A stretch of 64,000 nt of DNA from Octopus vulgaris (lineage: Eukaryota), in the NCBI GenBank assembly GCA_951406725.2, contig OX597825.1, positions 80,910,001-80,974,000 on the forward strand, written 5' to 3'. The notes beneath the pieces are model-generated. The model was not told the DNA's origin, ran no database searches, and saw only the letters and a list, made by a program, of their open reading frames with translations. Within the stretch, counting starts at the first letter, position 1; the number at the start of each line of letters is the position of its first letter. The position numbers and the translations under genes were made by a program. Shown piece after piece: positions 1 to 14,234 of this stretch.

Positions 1-1039
1 CATAGACTCACGCACACACACACACACACATACACACACACACACACATATATATACCCATTTATATATTATACATATATGTATACACACACACACACAT
101 ATGTATATATACAAATGTACATACATTTATACACACATGTACGTACACATACACCTACCACACACACACAATTGTATACAAATACACATATATTTGTTGC
201 TACAAATACATATATATATATATATATATGAATACGTATGCATATATATTTTGACACACACACATATATGTCAATTCTTTTGTAATGGATTGGAAAAGAC
301 GAAAATAAAATATAAGAGATTAACAAAGAAAGCCACGATTTAATCCTGTTAAAATGTAAATTCATGCTTTTAACCAATAAATTTATTTCAATAGAGAAAT
401 TCATATATTCATATTTAGAAATGAAATAATTCATACGTGTGATCCGCATAAAAACAATAACGAAGATCATGTTTCCAGTTTTAATGCACAGATCATAAAT
501 ATCTGAACAATTAATGAATATTTAATAGGGGAAAAAATATTTTTAAGGGTTGAGTTGTATTGGCTTTGTAGTTTTCTGACGGGAATTGCAGACATGGCAC
601 TTCTGAAGTAGTTTCGTTTAGGTTAGTTGTGCGCCATTATGTCTTGTAGCTTAGTATTTCATCGATAGGAATCTATAGAGTAATTACCAGTCTGGAATAC
701 TCGTTGGAGACGGTGAGGCGATCGACAAAGAAGTCGAATGAATGACAAGAATATATACATACATGCACACATATGTGTACATATGTAAGTATATGCGTAT
801 ATATATATGCACAAAATAATACATATGTAAATATATACGTGTATGCACATATATATGTGTGTGTTCACACACATACACACACATACATACATATATATAT
901 ATGTATGTATATATATATACACACACTCATAACACAAAATACATACATATATTGTATCGAAAGTTGACACTCTACTCAATATTTCGCTCCGAGTGTATAA
1001 GTATGTTTGTCGATTTATCTATCGAACTATCGGTCAACT

Positions 1040-1051
1040 AGTCAATCAATA

Positions 1052-1091
<40 letters not shown>

Positions 1092-1095
1092 TATG

Positions 1096-1183
<88 letters not shown>

Positions 1184-1204
1184 AATCAATCAATCAATCA
1201 ATCA

Positions 1205-1239
<35 letters not shown>

Positions 1240-1251
1240 CATCTATCCATC

Positions 1252-1348
<97 letters not shown>

Positions 1349-1360
1349 ATATCTATCTAT
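1040..1360. repeat. (ATCA)n/(ATCT)n microsatellite; similar tracts at 3100-3350, 19383-19680, 41025-41100, 43130-43385
   Basis: Direct inspection. Confidence 0.97.
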
Positions 1361-2080
1361 CAGGCTGAGGAAATAGGAAGCAACGTTTTGAAGCATGAAA
1401 TTCATCACAATATATTTCAACAATGCAGAAATTTTATTCATCAAAGTAAGTACCATTAGAAGCAGCACATTTTTACCAACGAGTTACAAGTTTGTTGATT
1501 CAGGTAACATAAAAATCTGGAGCTGATGAACTCTTTGAACGCACTTTCGGAGTCGGTTTGGTTTTTGAACACCTTCTCTCGCAGAAAACTATCAAGGTAC
1601 TTGAAAAAGTGGTAGTCGATGGGAGAAAGGTTTGAGGGATATGCTGAATGGGATAATAACTTCGTAGCATCATTAGTGAAACGTGTGGTCGAGTATTGTC
1701 ATGAAGAATGATTGGTCCTCTTCTGTTGACCAGTCTGGGACGGAGGAGTAGCAGGTTTTCGTTCATTTTGGCAATTTCATGGCATTATGTTTCTGTGATT
1801 ATGGTTTTTCCGGGTTTAAAGAAGTTATAATGAGTCCAGTAGTACACCACCAAATAGTCACCATAACCTTCTTTTTAAAGAGCTTGAGTTTAGGGAAGGT
1901 TTTCGATGCTTGTTCGCTTATATCGGATTCCAGGGGTCACCTAAAGGGCCGAAAAAGCAAAGTCGTACGCGGCGACATTTGAATGAAATGCTGCTAAGCC
2001 TATTTGTGCGGCGTGGAAAGGATTGAGTTTGCTGACCGCCTTCAAACGAAGATGTAAATAAAAGCAACAGAACAAACCTT
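1358..2080 (-). mobile_element. Decayed mariner transposon
   Basis: RPRLVNRRGPIILHDNTRPHVS and KKVMVTIWW translations; candidate end TAtcaggctgaggaaata at 1358. The opposite TIR was not identified. Confidence 0.8.
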
Positions 2081-2184
2081 TGAATAAAAAAAAAATCGAA
2101 GTTCTTCGAACAACCACCTACTTTATTGTATTTAATCCAAGGGTTATAATTTATATACATCAAGTTCAACCTCAGCCGTTATAT

Positions 2185-2610
2185 TTATTTCTTTATTGCC
2201 CACAGGGGGCTAAACTTAGAGGGGACAAACAGGAATAGACAAAAGGATTAAGTCGATTACATCGACCCCAGTGCGTAACTGGTACTTATTTAATCGACCC
2301 CGAAAGGATGAAAGGCAAAGTCGACCTCAGCGGAATTTGAACTCAGAACGTAACAGCAGACAAAATACCTATTTCTTTACCACCCTCAAGGGCTAAACAC
2401 AGGGAGGACAAACAAGGACAGACAAACGGATTAAGTCGATTATATCGATCCCAGTGCGTAACTGGTACACTGGTACTTATTTAATCGACCCCGAAAGTAT
2501 AAAAGGCAAAGACAACATCGGCGGAATTTGAACTCAGAACGTAACGGCAGACGTTATAGCGCTAAGCATTTTGCCCGGCGTGCTAACGCTTTCTGCCAGC
2601 TCGCCGCCTT
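2185..2610 (-). mobile_element. SINE family B, one head plus two tandem bodies
   Basis: Body cgaccccgaaaggatgaaaggcaaagtcgacctc occurs twice. Confidence 0.9.
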
Positions 2611-3097
2611 GTACATAAAATACGTAGGAGTCCTGCAAGCAACCGACTTTATTTTCTTAATCCAAGGGTTTCTTTTCTCAAACAAATATCCTACACGTTA
2701 TTATTTAAGTACTTCGAATTAAACCTCCTCCATTATAAATAGTTTACACCAAATACGTTGGTATTACTAACGTTTTCAAGTAATAGAATATTTTCTTCAA
2801 AGCAGACGATATTCAGATGTTGTTCTTTGATGCATTAGAAACGTTACAAAGAAGCTATTACGTTGGTTATCTTCAAACATTGTGTTGGTGTTGCATTATC
2901 ATTTACTAATACGATTAATGTAGTCGTGGGAAGGTCTTTTCCTGAAATGTATTTCTATGAAATAAATAATATTTTCCTGATATAATGTTTTCAAATTGAA
3001 GTCATTCAGTAATCTTGATATTACATTGACAACAATATATATGAATACCAGTCACAAAAAAATGGTCACCTCTCTCTCTCTCTCTCACCCTCCATCC

Positions 3098-3199
<102 letters not shown>

Positions 3200-3216
3200 G
3201 TGTTTAATTCTCTCTG

Positions 3217-3281
<65 letters not shown>

Positions 3282-3312
3282 ATCAATCGATCAGTCTGCT
3301 TTTCTACCTGTC

Positions 3313-3353
<41 letters not shown>

Positions 3354-3857
3354 CCCCCTCTCCCCTCTCTTTGTCCCTTCCCCCCTCTCTCTTATATATA
3401 CACATATATCATATGTTCAGGTAGTTAAAATTAAAAATATAATTGAAAATTATTAAGATTATGCCTTAATAACCGTGAAATTAATAAACTTTTCTGATTA
3501 ATTTAAAGCGTTGATATGATATTGATGAGAGTAGAACCGTTAGTGTCAATAGATTGTTGTCTTGAAATGATTCCACAGCAAATTTCATCCTGATTTTTTG
3601 ATGACCGGAAGGGAATGGGTGAAGAAAATGTTCTTTCAAAGACAGGAGAGTGCAGGAGGAGGTATGTGTGTGTATGTGTGGGTATGTGCGTGCGAGCAGG
3701 TCTCTCTGTGTGTGTATGTGTGTGTGGTTGTGGCTGTTAATCTGTATGTGGTTGGGTTTAGTATCGTTTAAGGTCATAGGAAGAATGATAGTAAGAGTGG
3801 TTCCTGTTGTTGTCTCTACCTACCCGTGCGCGTAGGTTGTTGAGAGAGACATACTGT

Positions 3858-3907
<50 letters not shown>

Positions 3908-4941
3908 TAGATAGAGAGAGAGAGTGTGTGTGTGTGTGTGTACGAAAGATGGATAAATAAGTAGTGTTGTCTCCTTAGTAACTAACAAGTTCCGATTAAA
4001 AGGGCGAGAGTTTTAAGTGCACGTCTATCAACACACTGCCTCACAGACTCCAGGGAAAGACTATGTATATCTATATAAAACATATAGTTGTTTATTTTTT
4101 TAGGTGTTTGTTTGTTTGTGTGTGTGTGTATGTTTGTGTGTGTGTCTGAGTGTGTGTGTGTGTGTGAGTGTGTGCGCGTGTGTGTTTCTGTATGTCTTTC
4201 AACATATCGAGAACGGAATACAGACTCTAAAAAAGGACTTTCGCTTTGAACAATTTATGAAGGTACGTGCAGGATTAACAAACATTTTCACGGCAGCGTA
4301 GCGATGGATGACGATCTAGTAATAACAAAAGTCGAGATTAGCTCCGCAAGTGAAAATACTGTCAATGGAACTATAATTAACTTCCAAGATAGAGACAGAA
4401 CTATGAAGAATAATGAAATAAAGAAAACTCCAAGAATGTTTAGACAAACATTATGAATTCCACTACAAAAGAAAATTAATTTTACCAAGATCAAGAAATC
4501 TATACTGCCGCTAGGTAATCTAATAATATTAATAATGGTAACACCAACACCACACGAAAGCCATCGACTCCGAAGTAAATAAGACACATGACAGACTTCC
4601 TATCGACATTCGGGTAGGCATCTTGGAAGTGCAATGTTCTGATCTTCTTGTCATATAAGCTCTGTCAAAGACATTGTAAATGAGAGAGTTATTTTCAATA
4701 AATATTGAAAACACATATATTGATTGGCATGTAAATGAATAGTTTGGCGTGTAAATGAGCACATCTTCCAAACTCATATGTACAAAGTGACAAGAAAGTT
4801 ATTGGATGACAGATGCACGTAAAGACATTTAAAGGGGAAACATTGTTGATAATTTATTCCAAGGATGATGAATTGCAGAAGTAATTCATTTTTGGATTTG
4901 GTTTGCAAGATTCTTTATATGTGTTCGTGTGTTGAAGCATA

Positions 4942-5153
4942 TTCTGTTGTGTCTGGGGAGAGTCGTTTTCTTTTTGTGCCTTATAATGTAACACACGCGT
5001 CGATAAAATTTCCACTTATTTCTTTACTGTTGAAAAGGTTGCAAGACGCAACAAAAATTTTAGGAAAATAAAAATAAGAAATAAGAAATTACCGGTGAGT
5101 GTGTTACATTATAAGGCCCAAAAAGAAAATGATTCTCCTCAGACACAACAGAA
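4942..5153 (+). repeat. Foldback element with ~80-bp imperfect arms; partial second copy at 6090-6250
   Basis: Arms 4942-5023 and 5077-5153; loop has CTGTTGA...gttgc-aagac-gcaac-AAAAA-ttt-TA. Confidence 0.8.
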
Positions 5154-5642
5154 GATGACAGAATAAAATACAAAAATAGTTAACATCTTGCGCAGAAAAT
5201 GTGCAGTTTATCTGTCTTTAATAGTGACATGCACAGCACTATTCACATCATGGATTAAAGGCTACAATCAAGATTCAAGATGGCCACCCGAAGCACATCC
5301 TTCGGTAGAGGAACATCCATTTCTTTTATTAAAGCTTAGAGTTTTTCAATTTAGTAAATGAAGTAAAATTACCCAACCTGTAAGACATTGCCACACGCAA
5401 TCCAACAACATGCATGAAGAAATTCACTTACCAAGAAATACCATCTTCCATTCTGTTATGAAAGGAAGAAGTCGTGATGAAATGGTCACATAAATTCATT
5501 TAGGATGACACTCTGAAATATGAGGGAACGCTTAAACTCGGATACTGATACAGTAATACGACAAATGAAATCTGTGATAGCATATAGTCCGCAAACCAAA
5601 GCACATACTCATGTATAATGCATATGTATAAATATATATATA

Positions 5643-6035
5643 TCTTTATATATAAAAATGAAGTTGTGTGAGTGTCTGTCTCCTACGATTTAGATTCCTA
5701 ACTACTCCCACATTTTGCGGTGCAGTTTAACCAAAACCAGGTATCTTATAGTCGTGATTCATATCGAGCCCTTCTGGGTATTAGCGCGCGTCTACGATGA
5801 GTCTACGATTTAAAAAAAAATTTACCATCAATTTCTCCAATTTTTTAATGCATTTTTGGCATATATAAAGGAAGTAACTCTAAAAATTTATTATTAAATC
5901 TCAGAACGTAAAAAGCTACTGTAACCCCCCCTTGTGGTTAGCCATATTGAGATGGCTATTATACTTTACATCTCTAAAAATGCATATATAGTTATTTCCC
6001 TTACAAACCCGAGCAACGCCGGGTGATACTGCTAG
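5643..6035 (+). mobile_element. Non-autonomous Helitron
   Basis: A|TC 5' end, subterminal hairpin cccgagcaacgccggg (6008-6023), CTAG|T 3' end; inserted between A and T within a (TA)n tract, no TSD. Confidence 0.85.
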
Positions 6036-6041
6036 TATATG

Positions 6042-6088
<47 letters not shown>

Positions 6089-6245
6089 CGTTTTTGGATT
6101 TGGTTTGCAAGATTCTTTATGTGAGTTCGTGTGATGAAGCATTTAAAAAGATTTCTATATAAAAAAGAAATAAGTACAAATTTACCGGTGAGTGTGTTAA
6201 ATTATAAGGCATCGAAAGAGAATAACTCTCCCCAGACGAAACAGA

Positions 6246-6305
<60 letters not shown>

Positions 6306-7178
6306 CTTACAAACCTTAACATTTTCAAGCAATCAGCGATGCAGAAAACTAATCAATAGAAACAACATTAATAATGAATTACAGCTGTACAATTAGCTTG
6401 AAAAATCCTGACAACGTGTACACTGAAGACAACTATACACAGAAATGTTAGAAACCTGACCGATACTGCTTAAAATGACATACTTTTGTATTTCTGTAGG
6501 TTAGTAGTGATAGATATATTTACGCTAAAATTTACTATTCACAGATGTCACCCCTTCGCAAAGAAAGCTAGCATATGGAAATCAGACCATTTTCAAAGTT
6601 TGTCAGAAATATTATTGGAACAATTAATTAAAAATTAATTTCTGTTAAATAGACTTCTATAAACATCGATATATCCACTTACATGACTATCAAAATATCA
6701 AGGAATCTCATAACAAATTCACGTTCTCTGTTTTTATCAATTTCCTCATTACATACAAACTAGTTTGAGAATTGCCAACGCACGAAATTTCCGACCGTTG
6801 AGTCACTATATGTATGTATGTATGTATATAGGCCAACAGTAGCACATATAGACACTTACTAATACGTATGTCTGTATAGATAGAGGGATAAAGCGATTGA
6901 AAGATTGCAAAGAAGGAGAAAAAGGGGAAATAGGACAGAATCACAATAGTTATTCATTTTAATTCAGGATCCATCGAGGAAACAGGAAATTTAAGAAACA
7001 ATCGATTATTAACACCATCATGGTTTCCCTGGCAACAGATAGCCATTTTTGCAACAAGTCTCGCTTTAGAATTTTATGTAGAAGGTGTATATTTGTGGCA
7101 ACCGAATACATTTTAAATTACCTTTGACTTCAATATATACATACATACATACATACATACATACATACATACATACAT

Positions 7179-7230
<52 letters not shown>

Positions 7231-7258
7231 ATATATATTTTATATATATATATATATA

Positions 7259-7526
7259 TATTGTTATGTTTCGGAATGGTCATTTTGCCAGTTTAGCCAA
7301 TAAAAACACACTCACTATATATTTGGTGTTACTTTGCTTCAGTGTTATTTATTTTTTACATTAATCTTAATCTTATTTCGGCCAGAGTTCTTTCGTCACA
7401 CTCCTGTGAGCGCATCAGTGGTCCTTTGTTTTCTTCTTTCTTATTTGTGTCTCTCCTTACTAACCGTCAACCATTTTGTATTTATTGGCTAAACTGGCAA
7501 AATGACCATTCCGAAATATAACAATA
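7259..7526 (-). repeat. Foldback element with ~45-bp arms and a hammerhead-like motif in the loop
   Basis: Arms 7259-7304 and 7481-7526 near-perfect; minus strand 7380-7424 reads ggacca-CUGAUGC-gc-ucaca-ggag-uguga-c-GAAA-gaac-UC-uggcc. Confidence 0.8.
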
Positions 7527-7593
7527 TCTGTTTCAACACACGACTTCACACAAAAAATCTTGCACAACAAATATATAACCGTACTATATATAT

Positions 7594-7677
<84 letters not shown>

Positions 7678-7733
7678 GTTTATATGTATATATATGTATA
7701 CATACATATATATTATATATATATATATATGGC

Positions 7734-7891
7734 AAATGAAAGACGGAAGATGGAATATACGAGCACAGCCAGATACTCCTGAACTACTTATTGAGTGTCC
7801 CACCGAAGGGGAATCGATGCTAGATGTGTCGAAACAATTGTCGTGATTAATGAAAAGTTCTCGTATATTGTCCATCTTCCGTCTTTCATTT
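7734..7891 (+). repeat. Foldback element with ~30-bp arms and a hammerhead-like remnant
   Basis: Arms 7734-7763 and 7860-7891; loop has ccgaagg...GAAA-CAATTG-TC-gtg. Confidence 0.75.
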
Positions 7892-7967
7892 ATATAACGA
7901 TCACTGTGAAAGTGACCGTGCTTTACCAGTAAGATAATAAAACCATTCGTTTTATTATCGAATATAT

Positions 7968-8172
7968 ACTCTTCACTCTTTTACTTGTTTCAGTCATTTG
8001 ACTGTGGCCATGCTGGAGCACCGCCTTTAGTCGAGCAAATCGACCCCAGGACTTATTCTTTGTAAGCCTAGTACTTATTCTATCGGAACCGTCTGCCGAA
8101 CCGCTAAGTTACGGGGACGTAAACACACCAGCGTCGTTTATCAAGCGATGTTGCGTGGACAAACACAGACAC
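7968..8172 (-). mobile_element. SINE family A, 3' half
   Basis: Tail-side half only, ending at the internal microsatellite position. Confidence 0.85.
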
Positions 8173-8329
8173 AATATATGCTGCCTTCTCAGTGTTTCTT
8201 TTCTTGTTCATTTTTTTAGCTCGTGATGTTGTGTGGTCTGTGCATGACGAATATGTTTCAGATATTTCTCAACATATGAAACTATCACTTAGAGACATGT
8301 ATTGTGTTCTTAAAATAAATAATATATAT

Positions 8330-8706
8330 GGGTGGAAGCACTCCGTCGGTTACGACGACGAGGGTTCCGGTTGATCCGAATCAACGGAACAGCCTGCTCG
8401 TGAAATTAACGTGTAAGTGGCTAAGCACTCCACAGACACGTGTACCCTTAACGTAGTTCTCGGGGATATTCAGCGTGACACAGAGAGTGACAAGACCGGC
8501 CCTTTTGAAATACAGGTACAACAGAAACAGGAAGTAAGAGTGAGAGAAAGTTGTGGTGAAAGAGTACAGCAGGGATCACCACCATCCCCTGCCGAAGCCT
8601 CGTGGAGCTTTAGGTGTTTTCGCCCAATAAACACTCACAATGCCCGGTCTGGGAATCGAAACCGCGATCCTATGACCGCGAGTCCGCTGCCCTAACCAGT
8701 TGGAGC
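8330..8706 (-). mobile_element. tRNA-derived SINE family C
   Basis: Minus head tggttagggcagcggactcgcggtc...gtttcgattcccagacc; homologous to 26318-26738 and 35120-35342. Confidence 0.85.
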
Positions 8707-10272
8707 TATCCTCGAAACGTCAAAAACTCTCTCTTTTACGAAGCGTCAAATAAATACATTCCATGTTCACGTCCACTTGTTTCTTATTCTTATTTTTAAT
8801 GCTAGTTTATCGATTTGAATATGTGTGTGCGTGAGTGTTTGTGCGCGTGTATATCTGCATGTATTTAGTTATGTATGTATATACATGCATATATTTAGTT
8901 ATGTATATATATATATACATATACTAATATATAAATGTATAAACGTGTGCATACATGCATTTATACATATCTAATCAACTTTCTGTACGCTTGCATATAT
9001 ACATATACACGTACATACATACATATTTATATATATAAATATATATAAACACATGTGTACACATACATACATACATACATACATACATGCATACGTACCC
9101 ATATATGCAGATGCACACACACATATACACACGCACACACACAAACATATATAAACATATATATGTGTGTATCTGTGTGTATATGTACTTAAAATGCTGT
9201 GACCAATACACGTTCTCACAAAATAAAAAGGCAAAGAGGTACTTGTTATTTCTCTATATCTAGTATTGCGTTCTCCATTTTCTCGTTGCATAATGTTTTC
9301 ATTTAAAACACACACCTACACACCTACACTTAAGTATTGGTACAATGAAGAGATGTTGTGTTCCATTGTTCCAACAATAAATTACGATTATTTTTACTAC
9401 TTTTTTTTTAGTCAAATATTTTTTTTTTGGTCTGGAATATTATAAAGACTGGACCAGTTCTTGCCAGTACGAAACAGGAGAAATACGATCCGTTGTAATC
9501 CAATGCTTTAATGCAGTTTTGCTGTTACGGGACAGATTGAATCGACTAATTACAACTCATGGTAATGATATCAGTCGCCATCTTGAAAAAATGCCTTCAC
9601 TGAAGCAACGTCAGAAGACAACCATAACACTATATATATATATATATATTTATATGTATGTATATGTATGTGTATGTATATGTATGTGTATTGTATATAT
9701 ATATATATATAAATGTATATATATGTATTTATGTATATATATATATACACATAAAATATGCATATGTATATATATGTATATATATATACATATAGATATA
9801 TGTACATGTATACATACATATACATACATACATGCATATGTATATATATTTATATATATATATATATATGTATATACATGTATATATACATGTGTGTGTG
9901 TATGTATAATCATGATTAGCATAAGCGAAAGCGGTCGGCAATGTAAATATTTCTTACACAGATATACATATTTTTCCAACATAAAATTTCTGTGCATTGT
10001 CCTTTTCATATTTTTTACTACAATTTACCACATGGGATGTTTTCTCGAACCTTATAACCACATGTGAATCGTTGGCGATTTCTTTCCTCCGTCTTCCTTT
10101 TCTATTGGACTTTCCTCTGTTTCTGAACCCGAAACGCTAAATCACCTTTCTTTCCTTCACTGCTAATACTTTACACCTACCACGTCCTTGCGTTGTTGTT
10201 TTTTCGTGTGTTTGTTCTTCGATTTTTGATTTACTCCCCCTCTCTCTCTGTCTCTGTCTCTCTCTCTGTCTC

Positions 10273-10342
<70 letters not shown>

Positions 10343-10343
10343 A

Positions 10344-10400
<57 letters not shown>

Positions 10401-10484
10401 TAGAATCAGATGAATATGGTACTTAAGTTAGATGCACCAGAATTTTGTATGGTGTTATCCATATAAATCCATGGGGTGATTATG

Positions 10485-10609
10485 ATCAAAATAAGCTACA
10501 AGAATATCTCCGGTAATTTGGTACGATCGTTTCACAATATTTAATAAAATGATGTAGCGTGAAACGATCGTACCAAATTACCGGAGATATTCTTGTTGCT
10601 TATTTTGAT
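10485..10609. repeat. 51-bp near-perfect hairpin
   Basis: Arms 10485-10535 and 10559-10609 with one mismatch. Confidence 0.92.
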
Positions 10610-12770
10610 TATATATATGCTTTTAGCAACGTTCTCTTTACCCTAAGCATTCAGACCAGATCTACAATTCGGGTTCCATTTACGGTTTATCCTGCATTCT
10701 CCTTCAAATTTTGAGGTAAAGCATGGTCCCCATCAAGTCCTCCCGCTTGGCAGGTCTTGCGAAGTTAATTTTTACCATTTTTCTTATGCCGTTTATTTAC
10801 GAAAAACAATTGTAGGAAGGTGCAGTTTACTGCTGTAAAATCTCAAGTGTACTGCATAACTGATGAGCATTTCAATAGGTTGGAACTTCCCTAACATTGA
10901 TCGAAATGTAATTGTTGAAAGTATAACACGGTGTGCAACTTTCTTCAAGTAAGAAGTCAGTTACCAACCCTTATATAATGCTTCTGATTACCTCCCCCTA
11001 CCAATGATTCCTTTCACTTTTAGTAATAAATGAATAACAGTACCTTATGCTGCACAAATTATTTCCCTAACAAATATTTACCAACAGAGCCATGGAAATT
11101 TCACCTTTAATTAACCTTCTTATTTGTATTTCAGTATGCGAAGTTATTGATTGATCTTCGTGACTCTTTTATTGTGTTAAAGATTTTGATAATGTCTTCG
11201 ATTTCGTTCCATACTTAGGATAGCTCAATGCTTAACACTGGAAAACACTCCGTGACAGGCGGAACAATATATTATATTGATTTGTGCGTTGTTATGCAAC
11301 CAACCTTTTGTGTAGCTACAGTGATGTCTGATGGGTGTTAGTTTTAAAACACGAGTACGTGTGTTCACGCTCAAAGTTTGGAGGCTTTCGATTGAATTTA
11401 TGTATTAGAGGTGTGTAAAATAAATAACTGTGCGTATATTACAATGATATATTACTAACGACATCGGAGGAACTTATATGTGGTTACTTGACCTGCTAGA
11501 AATAGTAGCAATATCTCACTGAAAGCACACCCCTCTGTTTTTAGAAAAGAGCACCCTCTATAGTATAGCTCTAGTTAAGGAAACAGATGGACATAGATGG
11601 AGCGCCTTTGATCAAAGTTGTACTCAAACAGGGCTAACCTTGGGCTAAACAACACCACCAAAAATAACAATATCACAACTACTTCAGTATTGCATCACCA
11701 TAATCAATATGGCGAGCAGACAGAATCATGTACTCATACGTGTTTCTATCGCTAGCGATAGATATATATCCGCCATCTCTGCTGGGACTTCCTGATCACG
11801 TGATTTCAGCCTTTCTTGGGCTTATCATAAAATACTCTTGCAATATTTGTCTTGTATTTTCCGAGTTCAAAACTCGCCGAGGTCAACTTTGCCTTTTATT
11901 CTTCTACAAATAAAGTATCCGTAGAGAACTGAAACACACGGTATCGGCTAAGCTTCTCTCCTCGAAATCGTTTTGCCATTGTATCACTGTAATGATTATT
12001 TATATTGATAGGATTTCAAAACCAATTACCGCCCGAAGAAGGTGAGAAGAAACGATTCCGATATATCATTGTCACTTCTATAATCAAATCAGAAAGGTTA
12101 AATTCAAAGCGGACTTTAAGCATGGTTTGAAATCAGAAACGGCAGAAACAAGATGAATAATTGTAATGCATTTACAATGACACATTACTTTAACAAACAA
12201 CAATAAGAGCAGAACAAGCGATCGTAATGTCAATTAACCTCAGATTCCAATAAATCTTGGGCATTAATCTAAGCAATTTCCATTAAAATCAGTGCCTTAA
12301 AGTGAACCGGAAAGTCGTATTGATGAATAATAATTAAATACAAGACAGATTATATTCATAGATATTTAGTGAAAAAAAGAGAGAAAAAAATCGTAATTAC
12401 AGTTATAGCGATATTGGATTGCGTTTTACCTTGTTTATTAGCAGGAAGTGGTAAAATTGATTGAATAGTGTTGGTCTATTATCTTACTTCTAATCATTGT
12501 TTTTCAAAATCTGATGACGATTATAACATTGAAGTCTGAGCTCAGAATTTTGTCGATGGAAATAATAGGAGAGGAGCCGTTAACGAAGGTAAATTGTGGA
12601 AACAAAACTTGATTATCTCTATCAAGAAACTGATGCAATGATAAACTATACTAAAACTACTCATTACATAGGTGAGAGTATGTAACCGTTTACTAAAAGA
12701 AAGCAATTATTAAAGACTACAACGTCTAGAAAATTCTTACAAAATCTAGTTTTAATATAGCATTTGTTTT

Positions 12771-12954
12771 AAGGCGGCGAACTGGCAGAAACGTTAGCAC
12801 GCCGGGCGAAATGCTTAGCGGTGTTTCGTCTGTCCACAGAGAGCGACTTTGCCTTTTGGGGTCGATAAAGTAAGTACCAGTTGCGGACTGGGGTCGATGT
12901 AATCGACTGGCCCCCTCCCTTAAACTTTCAGGCCTTGTGCCTAGAGTAGAAAAG
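12771..12954 (+). mobile_element. SINE family B, internally deleted, with 17-bp TSD
   Basis: aatatagcatttgtttt (12754-12770) and aatatagcgtttgtttt (12955-12971). Confidence 0.85.
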
Positions 12955-13637
12955 AATATAGCGTTTGTTTTCATCTCGATTCAAAATGTTATTACCTATA
13001 TCTCTCTCTGTGTGTAGGCGTTTGTGTATTTTTAACAAAATGTTTCACTCCATAAGATATTTAATTAATAAATCACAAGTTGTGTCATGCTGATGATTCC
13101 TAAAAAGAATGAAATAGTGCTATATGTGATTAACAGTGACTAGAAATTTTAAGAACTTCGTATTAAGTAAATAAACCAAGTATGTGAATTTGATGTATCT
13201 TTTCCTTATAATTCCTTAATTTCAACTATAAGTTTCAAATCTTTTCTCAGGAACTAAAATTTATTCTCTCTCGACAGATATCTGTTTTATCAAGCAAACT
13301 AAAAATAACGTCAAATCGAAAATGAAACCTGAATCTAAAAACTGAATGAACCTGATATATGTCTTGCTTCTCTGACATTCTACTCGGACCCGCTTTCTCA
13401 ACAAGTGAATACTAATCCTCTCTTCTGTTCCCTGCCATATTCTCTCTCTGCAATGTGAAAATTGATCTAGAGTCGTGTCGCATTGGAAATGATTGCGTTT
13501 TTATAAAGCGGAAATTCGACGAACCAACGAAAACTCCTCTTTTGGAGTGGTTTATCTGCCAAAGATAGTAGCCAATTCGCCCTCACTTCATACTATACTG
13601 TTTTTTTTTTATGAAAGGAAAAAATACATTGCATCTA

Positions 13638-13874
13638 TTTTACTCTTTTACTTGTTTCAGTCATTTGATTGTGGCCATAGTAAAGCACCGCCTTTAGTCG
13701 AGTAAATCGACTCCAGGACTTAGTCTTTGTAAGCCTAGTACTTATTCTATCGTTTTCTTTTGCCGAACCGCTAAGTTGCGGGGACGTCAACACACCAGCA
13801 TCGGTTGTCAAGCGATGTTAGGGGGACAAACACAGACACACAAGCGTATACACATACATACATACATACATACA

Positions 13875-13945
<71 letters not shown>

Positions 13946-14097
13946 GACGGGCTTCTTTCAGTTTCCGTCTACCAAATCCACTCACAAGGCTGTGGTCGAC
14001 CCGAGGCTATAGTAGAAGACACTTGCCTAAAGTGGACTGAACCCGGAACTATGTGGTTGGTAAGCAAGCTACTTACCGCACAGCCACTCCTACGCCT
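13638..14097 (-). mobile_element. SINE family A
   Basis: Reverse complement of 30170-30643 with a small deletion. Confidence 0.9.
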
Positions 14098-14234
14098 ATA
14101 ATAAAATTCTAAATGGATTTATATTCGAAAAAAAATGGCCAAATCGGTTTCGATTCAAGGTTTACAAGATCAGGTAAAAGTTGAGTTAATGGGATATTGC
14201 CACCATCACTACCACTATCATAGCCGATACAGGA

